A stretch of 64,000 nt of DNA, from positions 128,001-192,000 of the forward strand of contig JBILLK010000010.1 in assembly GCA_044376115.1 (NCBI GenBank), read 5' to 3'. Below the pieces are notes generated by a model. The model searched no databases and was not told where the DNA came from. It worked only from the letters and a program-made list of their open reading frames with translations. Source of the DNA: Polyangiaceae bacterium. GTDB lineage: Bacteria > Myxococcota_A > Polyangia > Polyangiales > Polyangiaceae. Every line of letters begins with the position of its first letter. Within the stretch, counting starts at the first letter, position 1. Positions 28,134 through 40,105 of the stretch are shown here, one piece after another. The position numbers and the translations under genes were made by a program.

Positions 28134-29438
28134 TCACTTCGGTGCTCCAGCGCTCGCTGAGGCGCTCGGCGCAGGCGAAGCGGCCGCGCAGGCCACGCCC
28201 ACCGTGCTCAATCGGCTCTCGAGCCGCAGCGTCTTCCACTTCAGCGCGGCGGCCGATGCCTTGGTCTCACAGAGCAGGGCCGTCTCTTTGGCGGCCTCCG
28301 CCGCAGCCAGCATCAACTCGTACGCGTCCGCGGTCTTGCGCAGCGAGAGGTTCAATTTCGCGGCGGACAGCGCTTTGGCCGGGTCGGAGCCACCGTTGAT
28401 CCAGAACCAGCCCGCGTGATCGGCGAAGGCCTCCGGATGCTTGGCCATCGCGGCATCGTAGAGCGCGCTCGCGCGCGCAATCAACGCGTCGCCCGACTTT
28501 GCTGCGGTCATGTTCTTGAGCACCCCGAGTTGCGCCAAAACGTCCGGCTCTTCCACCGCACCGAGCGCCTCCAAGATCGCCACGCCCTCACTCGGCGAAA
28601 GCAGCGGCGCTAAGTGCGTCGCCACGTGAACATGGCTCGGCAACCGCTTGTTGGCCGCGCGAAACAGCGTCGTCGCCGTCGTCAGATCCCCTGCCCGCTC
28701 GAACATCGAAGCGCGATCGAAATAGAGCTGCGAGATCGCGAACGGTGAGACCCCGCGATAGAGCTGCTCGGCCTGAACGAACAGCGCCTCGGCTGGCTCG
28801 CGACCACCCATCGCCCCGACGATCACCGCCTGATCCGCGAGCGACGACATGGTCGGTTCGAGGCGAACCACCGTCATCGCCAACTCGAGCGCCTCGTCGT
28901 AACGACCAACGGCGAGCAGCACGGCCGCCTTGCGCGACATCACCAGCGTGGCTTGCTCTTTTGGCGCCAGCGCCTTTGCGCGCTCGAGTTCAACCAGCGC
29001 TTCGGCGAACTTGTGCGCCGCTGAAAGCCCTCGCGCACGCAGCAACACCGCTTCGAACTCTGGTTTGTCCTCGAGCTTGAGATCGGCGAGCTCCAACGCA
29101 CGCGAATAATCAGCGAGCGCGCCGCTGATCTGAAAGCGCTGTAAAAGCAGACCAAAGAGCTGAGCTTTGTGCGCGACGGTGGGAGCTTCTCGAAGCTTCT
29201 TCTCGGCGACTTTGACCTGCCCCTCGAGGTTACCGAGCGCGAGAGACGGACTCGTCGTGCGGACCGTCGCAAGCGGCATCGGCACTTCGGGCGGGGGTGC
29301 CACCGAACTAGCTAGCGGACTCGGCGCAACTGACGAAGCCGAAGGCGCGGGCAACGACTCATCGGCGCAATGCACGGTGAGCGCGACGAGGACGAGCGAA
29401 GAAACGAAGGAGGGAGCTTTCACGCGGAAGCGCATCAT
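28134..29438 (-). CDS. TPR-repeat protein, probable lipoprotein
   Basis: Signal with LTVHC; repeated TPR-like helices (HKFAEAL, VGRYDEAL). Confidence 0.8.
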   Translation of the reverse strand: MMRFRVKAPSFVSSLVLVALTVHCADESLPAPSASSVAPSPLASSVAPPPEVPMPLATVRTTSPSLALGNLEGQVKVAEKKLREAPTVAHKAQLFGLLLQRFQISGALADYSRALELADLKLEDKPEFEAVLLRARGLSAAHKFAEALVELERAKALAPKEQATLVMSRKAAVLLAVGRYDEALELAMTVVRLEPTMSSLADQAVIVGAMGGREPAEALFVQAEQLYRGVSPFAISQLYFDRASMFERAGDLTTATTLFRAANKRLPSHVHVATHLAPLLSPSEGVAILEALGAVEEPDVLAQLGVLKNMTAAKSGDALIARASALYDAAMAKHPEAFADHAGWFWINGGSDPAKALSAAKLNLSLRKTADAYELMLAAAEAAKETALLCETKASAAALKWKTLRLESRLSTVGVACAAASPAPSASASAGAPK

Positions 29439-29451
29439 ACGGCCGCGAACC

Positions 29452-29487
29452 ACAAACGACGAAGCGCCGCGACGAATCGCAGCGCTT
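29452..29487 (-). terminator. Intra-operon hairpin (terminator or stabiliser)
   Basis: Minus strand AAGCGCTGCGA-TTCG-TCGCGGCGCTT followed by CGTCGTTTGT. Confidence 0.55.
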
Positions 29488-29540
29488 GTCGGCTCAACCA
29501 GTGGTTATGCAGCTGGGAGCACGGCCCCCAGCAGGCGCAA

Positions 29541-30380
29541 TCACTGCGGCGCCTTGAGGTACGGGAAGAGCTCGGGGTGGAGGCCAGCGGGCGGAGCCAC
29601 GTTGTCTCCAAACATCCCGGGCACGCCCGCGACGACGCCGTAGGTCACGTCGATCACGTCGTCGATCGGACGACGACCACCGCAGCCGGTGTTGGCAACG
29701 CCGAGGGCGTTGAACTCAACGGCGAGGTAGCCCGAACCGAACGGCGCAGCGGCCGCCGAACAACCGACGCCGGCGGTGTCAACCCACAGGACGTCATCGG
29801 AGAGTACGGTGGCGATCAGGCCGTAGCAAGTTCCGGCGCCTGTACAGGCTCCACCGGCGTAGCCAGGCTGGTTGCCACAAGCGTCGGCGTTGGAGAGCCC
29901 GCCCACACCGGTGTCCAGCGCGTCGAGGATGGCGAGGTTGGCCGCAAACATGCCCTGGTTGCTGTCCCAGTTGCTGGGCAGACCATCGGCGTTGTAAGCG
30001 TCTTCTGCGGCGAAACGCAGCGGGTCGGTAGAAACGGCGTCCACGCTTCCGTCGGGGTTGGCGATCACGAACGTGCCGCTCAGCGCCGTGTTGATCGCCG
30101 GGCGACCCATGCGATCAATTTGAGCAAGCGGCTCGGGGGGCGGCGGGAAGTTCGGGTTCATCCCGCCTTGTCCGCCTTCACCACCTTGACCACCTTGAGC
30201 GCCGCCCTCACCGCCAACGCCGCCTTGGCCACCACCAGCGGTGGAGGTTGAGCCGGCCTCGCCGCCGCCGCCCGTCGCGCCGCCGGAACCACCGCCGCCG
30301 CTGGTCGAGTCATCACCACATGCTGCAAGCGCCATCGCGCCAACAACAAACAAGCTCGCAATCTGAAGAGTTGTTTTCAT
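29541..30380 (-). CDS. DUF4331-family lipoprotein (C-terminal-type motifs)
   Basis: LAAC lipobox, Gly tether, QIDRMGRPAINTAL, GGRRPIDDVID, FPYLKAP. Confidence 0.85.
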   Translation of the reverse strand: MKTTLQIASLFVVGAMALAACGDDSTSGGGGSGGATGGGGEAGSTSTAGGGQGGVGGEGGAQGGQGGEGGQGGMNPNFPPPPEPLAQIDRMGRPAINTALSGTFVIANPDGSVDAVSTDPLRFAAEDAYNADGLPSNWDSNQGMFAANLAILDALDTGVGGLSNADACGNQPGYAGGACTGAGTCYGLIATVLSDDVLWVDTAGVGCSAAAAPFGSGYLAVEFNALGVANTGCGGRRPIDDVIDVTYGVVAGVPGMFGDNVAPPAGLHPELFPYLKAPQ

Positions 30381-30390
30381 ATTGATCTCC

Positions 30391-31143
30391 TCAGTTCCCG
30401 AGCCGGTTGGTGCTTGCCCAAACGGTCACAAAGGGGTTGTCGACGTCAGTGAACAGAGCAGGCTCTGCCTCGATCACGATCGCCAGGCCGTTGGCTGTTG
30501 CGAAGTTGTTGTCAGCGGGCGTTGCAGCGGTCAGCAGACCGCGCAAAGCAGCGCCGGTCTGCGCGGTGATGATGGGGCAGCCATCCGAGTTGAAGGTGAG
30601 ACCACCGTTGGCCGCTGCAATTACCGCAGTACGAGCGCCAGCAAAGCCGGTGGTGCCCCCAGCTCCGGTGAGGAAGAAGTAGAACGGATCCGAACGACGA
30701 CCTGCGAACACGCGAAGATCTCCGCTCTCGCTGGTGGTCCCCGCCTCGACGTCGGACGGACCGGTGACGTAGTCGACGTCCTCCACCCAGCATTGGAAAT
30801 CCTGAGCGGCGTTGAAAGTGCACATCACGTCAGTGGTGCCTGCGGACGGAGCTAGGAAGGCCGGTCGCTTGTCGACGTGGAATTGGTAGACAATCGCATC
30901 GGAGAAGGTGGCGTTTGCGTCGGCGAACGGGCTGACCGTCATACCGAGGATGAGCTTGCCGCCGTCGATGAAGGCGTAAACGTCGTTGATGTCGCCAGCC
31001 ACGTCGGCTGCCACCTGAACTGCCGGGCCATCGCGGTGATCAGCGGCGAATGCGGAGCCCGCAAAAGCCGCTACAGCAGCCAAGGCGCCCGCCCGCAAGA
31101 GACCCTTGCGTAGGGCCTTGAATAAGGGAAGTGAGTTACTCAT
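30391..31143 (-). CDS. DUF4331-family secreted protein (N-terminal-type motifs)
   Basis: Signal AFA|ADHRDGP, DINDVYAF, FSDAIVYQFHVD, VFAGRRSDPFYF; GAGG RBS. Confidence 0.85.
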   Translation of the reverse strand: MSNSLPLFKALRKGLLRAGALAAVAAFAGSAFAADHRDGPAVQVAADVAGDINDVYAFIDGGKLILGMTVSPFADANATFSDAIVYQFHVDKRPAFLAPSAGTTDVMCTFNAAQDFQCWVEDVDYVTGPSDVEAGTTSESGDLRVFAGRRSDPFYFFLTGAGGTTGFAGARTAVIAAANGGLTFNSDGCPIITAQTGAALRGLLTAATPADNNFATANGLAIVIEAEPALFTDVDNPFVTVWASTNRLGN

Positions 31144-31344
31144 TCGTCCTCCTCGTTCCATGTTGCCCCCAAAACGTTTTGGGAGCGTTTGACACCCGCT
31201 TCCGGGTGTTTGCACTCTACGCGAGGGATGAAAGCGCAGATCGCAACGTCCCCCACGAAAGTCGAGAGGGTGTCGTAACGGCAGGACCGGTCTTGGGCAA
31301 TGCTGCTTTTGGTAAGCCGCGTCATTGTGTCGCACCTTGTCTTA

Positions 31345-31361
31345 CTGGCACAAGACTTGCT
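31345..31361 (+). promoter_or_regulatory. Sigma54 -24/-12 promoter
   Basis: CTGGCACAAGACTTGCT, a near-consensus TGGCAC-N5-TTGC, about 130 nt upstream of ATG 31490. Confidence 0.75.
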
Positions 31362-31489
31362 CAAAGTGTTGCCGCAGCGACTCGAGCTGGACTAGGGTTC
31401 CGAAGTGGCAGATCCGGGGAAACTGCTGGCGCGTTGAGGCAACGGTGCCGCGTGGTCTGTCCCGGCGCACTCTTGAAGGAGCATTTGAA

Positions 31490-32182
31490 ATGAATCGTGG
31501 AACGCTGGTGTTGCTGGGAGTTTTTGGCGTGGGCTTGGCCATTGGCTGCGGAGATAGCGGCAACGGCGACGGCACTGGCGGAACCGCAGGCGAGGGCGCT
31601 GGCACCGTTGGTGGCGGCGGCTCCACGAATACTGGCGGAGCCGGTGGTGAAGGCGGCACGGCGGGCGGCGGCGGCGAGGGCGGTGCAACCGCTGGTGCAA
31701 CCTGCGCGAGCTACTGCACCACGGTGATGTCGGCCTGCGCCGCTACGCCGCAATACGCCACGCAGTCGGCTTGCGAGGCTGAATGCGCCGCTTTCCCGCA
31801 GGGTGAGCTCGGTGCAACCAGCGGCAACAGCCTTGAGTGCCGCGCCTACCACGCTGGCGTCGCGGTCGACATGCCCGAGCCTCACTGCGTGCACGCAGGT
31901 CCGCTCGGTTCCGGCCCCGTTGCCAACGTCGGTTGCGGTGATTCCCCCTGCGAGGCCTTCTGCCAGATCGCTGAAGAGATCTGCGGCGGCGTCGAGGGGT
32001 ATTCCTTCACCAACGCTGATGACTGCAACACCAAGTGCCAGGACTTCACCAACGACCTGGACTTCAACACCAGCATCACCAGCGGTGAGTCGCTCGCCTG
32101 CCGCATGTACCACCTCTCGGCTGCGGCCAACAACGGGCTGATGCCGCACTGCGGTCACTTGCTCGACGAGGTTTGCAACTGA
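31490..32182 (+). CDS. Cys/His-repeat lipoprotein (two CRxYH...HCxH repeats)
   Basis: AAGGAG RBS, lipobox AIGC, Gly tether, two repeats of about 75 aa. Confidence 0.8.
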   Translation: MNRGTLVLLGVFGVGLAIGCGDSGNGDGTGGTAGEGAGTVGGGGSTNTGGAGGEGGTAGGGGEGGATAGATCASYCTTVMSACAATPQYATQSACEAECAAFPQGELGATSGNSLECRAYHAGVAVDMPEPHCVHAGPLGSGPVANVGCGDSPCEAFCQIAEEICGGVEGYSFTNADDCNTKCQDFTNDLDFNTSITSGESLACRMYHLSAAANNGLMPHCGHLLDEVCN

Positions 32183-32219
32183 GACGCTGACCGCTCGTTC
32201 GCGAACGCGTTGCAACCCG

Positions 32220-32247
32220 AGGCCGCCGAGTTCGACTCTGCGGCCTT
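32220..32247. terminator. Hairpin between convergent genes
   Basis: AGGCCGCCGAGTTCGACTCTGCGGCCT imperfect stem-loop. Confidence 0.45.
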
Positions 32248-32274
32248 CGGCTTTCCATCGTTTGTACGCTGCGC

Positions 32275-32856
32275 TCAGCGCTTTGGGCCGAGCTCGGCTT
32301 CGAGCTTGGTCAGCGCCTCTTCGATCTCGACGTTGCTCATCAGCCCCAAGTTACGCGTTCGCTCGCGGCCCTCACGGTCGAGGATCACCACGCTCGGGAC
32401 GTGGCGTAGTCCGCTGAACGGGCCCTCCCCGCGAATGGTCGGTGCGTCGGCGAGAGCGACGGGAAAGCGCAGGCCCAAAGCGTCGGCGAAGGCCGCGACC
32501 AGCACCTCGTTCTCGGGCTGCTCCAGGACAATCAACGCCACATTGATACGCGGCGTGTGATCGCGATGGACCTGCGCCAGGAACTTCACCTGCGCTTGCG
32601 AAGGGACGTCATACGTCGTGCCGAAAGCGATCACCGAAATGCGGCCGTGGAGCGACGTGGACTCGAGCGTACCGCCGCGGATCTCGCGGTATTGAAAGCT
32701 TACGGGTGGAGCAGCGCTCGCCGGCGTGGTCGTGGCCTCTGGTCGAGCCGGACGCGGCACTTCGGCAGGTACCGGCTCACATGCCCAAAGGCCGCACGCT
32801 GCGAGTGCAAGCGCGAACACTCGCGTTCTCCAATCAACTGCTGCTGGCATCGGCAT
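32275..32856 (-). CDS. TlpA/thioredoxin-fold lipoprotein lacking CxxC
   Basis: LWAC lipobox; LHGRISVIAFGTTYDVPS; VPSVVILDREGR (cis-Pro strand). Confidence 0.7.
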   Translation of the reverse strand: MPMPAAVDWRTRVFALALAACGLWACEPVPAEVPRPARPEATTTPASAAPPVSFQYREIRGGTLESTSLHGRISVIAFGTTYDVPSQAQVKFLAQVHRDHTPRINVALIVLEQPENEVLVAAFADALGLRFPVALADAPTIRGEGPFSGLRHVPSVVILDREGRERTRNLGLMSNVEIEEALTKLEAELGPKR

Positions 32857-33457
32857 CGGGGTTCGCGTCAAAAAGGTTCGCAAACCCAACCATCGAACGT
32901 GGGATTTCCTGCCCGAGACGGCGCTGAGCAAGGATCGCGAGGGCTAGCTCCTCCACCACCAGCTTGAGCGGCGTCGCCTCGAGCGCTACGCCTTCGAGTG
33001 AATCGCGGTCTTTGGGTGCATCTTCCTCACGCAAGATGGGGTCGAGTCGCACCCAATCGAAGCCGCGATGCGGGCTGTAGCGACACCACAGCACCTGCAC
33101 GAAGTCCGCGTACAGCGGCGCGATCAACGCTGCTACGCGCATCGAGTCGAAGGAGACGCCACGCAGTGCCACCGTGCGCTTGGTCGAGTGGGGCGTGGCC
33201 GCGCCAATGATGGCCTGACTGATGCGCTCGATGCGACTGGCGTCCGTCTCGACCGAGAGCAGCGGCGCATAAAGAGCAACGATGGGCACACCGAGCTTGG
33301 GGCCGTCTTCCTCCACCGCGGTGAGCCAAGCGTCCCGGCCCTCGGCGGTGAGCGAGCCGTACACGTGAGCGGCTGCGATCGCAGAATCAGGGTCTTTGGC
33401 GAGGGCGGCAAGCCACTCGCGCCAGGCCGCGAGAATGCGCGGTTCAACCGTCGACAC
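32834..33457 (-). CDS. Hypothetical protein
   Basis: ORF overlapping its neighbours in operon fashion. Start GTG 33457 inferred. Confidence 0.6.
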   Translation of the reverse strand: MSTVEPRILAAWREWLAALAKDPDSAIAAAHVYGSLTAEGRDAWLTAVEEDGPKLGVPIVALYAPLLSVETDASRIERISQAIIGAATPHSTKRTVALRGVSFDSMRVAALIAPLYADFVQVLWCRYSPHRGFDWVRLDPILREEDAPKDRDSLEGVALEATPLKLVVEELALAILAQRRLGQEIPRSMVGFANLFDANPDADASSS

Positions 33458-33728
33458 GGGCCACCTCGTCGTGCTCCGAGAGCCAAACTCCGCCGGTCTC
33501 CTCCACCAGATCCGCGAGCAGCTCACGCAGCGCAGCTTCCCGCGCGGGCGGCGACGCGATGGTCAGGCTGCCGCCCGACTCGGCAAAGATGGAAGCGAGC
33601 CCCTCACTCGCCTCGACGATGCTCTTTACGAACACCACCTCGCGCGGATCCACCTCGAGCCGATGCTGCACGAGACCTTCGGCAGCGCGTGCAAGCGGCA
33701 GGGGTGAAGTGGACTGAGAGGGACGCAC
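33444..33728 (-). CDS. DUF4911-like small protein
   Basis: VDPREVVFVKSIVEASEGLA pattern. Confidence 0.65.
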   Translation of the reverse strand: MRPSQSTSPLPLARAAEGLVQHRLEVDPREVVFVKSIVEASEGLASIFAESGGSLTIASPPAREAALRELLADLVEETGGVWLSEHDEVARVDG

Positions 33729-33782
33729 CGTCTCACGATCTCAGATGTCGACGCGGAGATCCAGGCTTGACGCGACGAGCCG

Positions 33783-35135
33783 TTGGCGCACTGCTTGGGT
33801 GTGGTCCGACCTTCCGAGCCCCCGATCCTCGCAACGCAGCCCAATCAGCGTGAGCACCCGCGCGAGGAAGAGGTGGGCTTGCCAAGCGAAGAAGACTTCA
33901 GCATCGACGAACCGCGCGACGACAACGCCGAACAAGGCGAAGCAACGCTTCACAGCGATGACCACGTCTGGGAGGAAGAAGACGGTCAGGTCAGCGGGGA
34001 CCTCGAGCCCGCCACGCTCGCGTTTCATGAGGAAGCACCGCCCTTGTTCGAGGACCATCCGGCCGAGCGCGACGACGCTGCCTCCGGTCCCGAGCTTGAA
34101 GAGCTGCTGGTCGACGAACACGGGCCTTCGTTGGACCGCGGCCTCGAGGGCTTCGCCGATGCGGAGGAAGAGGAGCTCGACGAAAGCGCGCTGCCAGCGA
34201 TGGACGCCGACACCGATGGCGATTTCGAGCTCGACGATCTGCTCGAGGAGTTGGGCTTCGGCAAGACCGGTCTTTGGGAGATCGAGACGGTCTTTGGCGA
34301 GGCCGGAGCCTTGCGTTCGCTGCACGTAGCTCCCGAGGAGATGCTGCTTTCGGCTGGAGACTCCTTGGTGACGATCTCGTTGGCCGGCATCGTGCGCGTG
34401 CGACCGCTCCCCTACCCGCTCGACCAGCTGGCGTCAGTGGTGGGTCTCACGGTGGCGTCTGGCGCAAACGGCGCGGTGAAGCTGGAGCTGAGCGGCGAGC
34501 GACCAACGTTGACGACGCTGCTGGAACAACCTGCAGCGCAACTCGTGATTGCGGCAGGACAGGTCGTGGCCCGAGTAAACGATCGCATCTTCGCGCTTTC
34601 AGCGAGCGGTGCAGAGCCGATCCCTGGACCGAGCGGGGTACGCTCGCTCGCTGCCCGCGCTTCAGTCTTGTGGGTCTTGACCGAGCAAGGGAAGCTCTTG
34701 CACGGCAGCTCCGGCTTCGAGTCGCTCTGCGAACTGCAGCTCGACGCGGAGACCGAGCACACGCTGCAGAGTGGAGCCACCATCCTCGCCAGCAGCTCCG
34801 CCGCCTGCCTGCTGCAAGCCGGCTCGACCCTGCTGCGCGTATCGCGAAGCTCGGCTTCGGTCTCGGTTCGCCTGCCCGAAACGACGCCTACGCAATCACT
34901 CGCTGCGTGCGCGGTTGAAGCCCACGGGCTGGAGTTCTTGGTTGCACGGAGCCATTCGTCGGGCTGCGAGCTGTTGGCGCCGCATTTTGCCGCTGGCGAG
35001 CTCGAGGCGCTGGTCCGCCTGGATACAAGCGGACAAAGCGGCCCCGTTGCGCTGGGTTGGGACCCTTCCTTGCGCCGCGCTTTCATAGCCGGTCCCTTTG
35101 GGCTGCTGACGGTCCGCTCTTTCGAGCAACCCTGA
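33783..35135 (+). CDS. Hypothetical protein with very acidic N-terminus and beta-rich C-terminus
   Basis: 450-aa ORF upstream of secA; D/E-rich first third. Start uncertain. Confidence 0.55.
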   Translation: MAHCLGVVRPSEPPILATQPNQREHPREEEVGLPSEEDFSIDEPRDDNAEQGEATLHSDDHVWEEEDGQVSGDLEPATLAFHEEAPPLFEDHPAERDDAASGPELEELLVDEHGPSLDRGLEGFADAEEEELDESALPAMDADTDGDFELDDLLEELGFGKTGLWEIETVFGEAGALRSLHVAPEEMLLSAGDSLVTISLAGIVRVRPLPYPLDQLASVVGLTVASGANGAVKLELSGERPTLTTLLEQPAAQLVIAAGQVVARVNDRIFALSASGAEPIPGPSGVRSLAARASVLWVLTEQGKLLHGSSGFESLCELQLDAETEHTLQSGATILASSSAACLLQAGSTLLRVSRSSASVSVRLPETTPTQSLAACAVEAHGLEFLVARSHSSGCELLAPHFAAGELEALVRLDTSGQSGPVALGWDPSLRRAFIAGPFGLLTVRSFEQP

Positions 35136-35184
35136 GGCCCCCCGCAGTTGCGATCAGGCGGCCTAGAGATTAGGGTCTGCCGCG

Positions 35185-38273
<3,089 letters not shown>

Positions 38274-38277
<4 letters not shown>

Positions 38278-38774
38278 CGGTCATTCGGCTCACCGCGGAC
38301 CGGGCGCTCTTTCGCGGGCGCCCCGAAGTCCCAACGCCAGCTCGCCTCAAGCGGGACCTCACCAAGATGCTCGCGTTGTTCGGCCTTGCGGATCCCGAGG
38401 TGAGCCTCTCGCTCGTGTCGGACGCGTCCATTCGTGAAATCAATCGCGAGTGGCGCAAGAAGGACAAGCCCACCGACGTCCTCTCCTTCCCGCAGAATGA
38501 TCTGCCGATCGCGGATCTGTTGCTCGCTGGTAAGACGGCGGCGCTGCTGCTAGGTGACATCGTCATCTCGATCGAGACGGCCGAGCGACAAGCCAAGAAA
38601 CACAAGCGCCCGCTCGCCGATGAAATCACCATGTTGCTCGCGCACGGTCTGCTCCACTTGCTCGGCTTCGATCATCGCAACGACGACGAAGAGCGCGAGA
38701 TGGATGCATACGCGCGCGTGTTGGAAGCGGCGGCCAAGAACCGCAAGCTCCCTCGGCTAACGCTGTCGGCGTAA
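38274..38774 (+). CDS. ybeY: rRNA maturation endoribonuclease YbeY
   Basis: NREWRKKDKPTDVLSFP, LGDIVIS, HGLLHLLGFDH; GTGA overlap with the secA stop. Confidence 0.95.
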
Positions 38775-38780
38775 TCGTCT

Positions 38781-39992
38781 TCAGCAGCCCACTCCGAGTT
38801 CGCTGAGCAGGCGCGGGATCTCGGCTCTCAAAGCGAAGAAGCCTTTCTGCGCGTAGGGCCAAAACGAACGGTCCCACGGCGCCATACGGCGCACCACCGG
38901 CAGCGCCAGCTCAGCGAGGCGATCAGCCACCGGACCGACGGGTGGATAGGCCGTGACGATGACCTCTGCGCCGTATTCTCGCAGCAGGCCGCTCAGCGCA
39001 TCGCGCGTGAACGGCACAATCCCCGCAGACGGCACGCCTGTTTCCACCGCTGTGCGTTGCAGAGCGTCTTCCATCGCACCAACCTCGAAGGCCGCCACGG
39101 CAGTGCTCGCTCCCAGCGGCGCTCGATGATCGGAGGCCACACCGGCGATCGCCACCGCCTCGCCCATCCGAGGATCGGAGCGCAAGGGCGATAGATCCTC
39201 CTCGGTGAGCAGCAACACGAAGCGCCCGCTCGGCATCGGATCGCTTTTCGGCAGGCGACCCGCAGGCGGGTTCGGCTCACCGGCGACCGGTCGGACCTGG
39301 AGCGCGAGCCGCGGACCATCGACACGCGACACGAAACGGTCGCCGGTGAAACGCGCGATGTTGGACTCGGTCGCGAGGTACGCCTTCCCAGGCGTATGAA
39401 GCCCAACCACCCAGCGCCATGAGAGGGTATTTGAAGCAGGGTCCCCATCGAGCAGGTGACGATAGAAGAAGTCGGCGCCCAAGCTCCAAGGCAGCTCGAG
39501 GGTGAAGCACCAGATCGACGCGAACCACATGCGCGCGTGATTGTGGAGATAGCCGGTCTCGCAGAGCTCACGCGCCCAGGCATCGAAGCACGCGTGACCT
39601 GTGGTTCCGCTCACCGCCTCGCGATAGCGCCGCTCGAGCGATCGATCACGCTCGAGCGCAGCGAGGTCCCGACGCACATCTTCACGATGGCTCTTCCACA
39701 CCGAGGGACGCGTTTCGAGCCAACCTTTCCAATAGCTGCGCCAGCATACTTCTTCGACGAACTTCGCTGAGCTCTGGAGACCGTGGACGGCAACCACGGC
39801 CTGCACCACTTCAGGCTCAGTCAACGACCTGCGTCGCAGCCAGGGCGACAGCCCAGACACATTCTCGCGCTGCGGCCCGTGGTCGAGGTTGCGCAGCTCC
39901 GCGTATCGCTGCCCCGCCGCCGGCAGAAAGGCGTTGAGACGGGCAAGCCCTGCCTTACGGGTGGCGGTCCAACGGGTGTCACCAGGTTCCAT
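38781..39992 (-). CDS. Short domain-inverted DNA photolyase (NewPHL-like)
   Basis: FAD-binding domain at the N-terminus ([42 protein letters not shown]), followed by an alpha/beta domain; 403 aa. Confidence 0.82.
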   Translation of the reverse strand: MEPGDTRWTATRKAGLARLNAFLPAAGQRYAELRNLDHGPQRENVSGLSPWLRRRSLTEPEVVQAVVAVHGLQSSAKFVEEVCWRSYWKGWLETRPSVWKSHREDVRRDLAALERDRSLERRYREAVSGTTGHACFDAWARELCETGYLHNHARMWFASIWCFTLELPWSLGADFFYRHLLDGDPASNTLSWRWVVGLHTPGKAYLATESNIARFTGDRFVSRVDGPRLALQVRPVAGEPNPPAGRLPKSDPMPSGRFVLLLTEEDLSPLRSDPRMGEAVAIAGVASDHRAPLGASTAVAAFEVGAMEDALQRTAVETGVPSAGIVPFTRDALSGLLREYGAEVIVTAYPPVGPVADRLAELALPVVRRMAPWDRSFWPYAQKGFFALRAEIPRLLSELGVGC

Positions 39993-40105
39993 CGGCGAGA
40001 CATAGAGCGGAAGCCGACAAACACAAGTCGCCTCTCGCTTCCTTCGTCGACAACGAGAGCATAACGCACTGCAGCGAAGGAGCCTTCTTCGAGTATCCTC
40101 GCGCC

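Noticed and set aside
31490..32182. Multiheme c-type cytochrome call for the Cys/His protein
   Set aside because: No canonical CxxCH motif; retained only as an atypical possibility.
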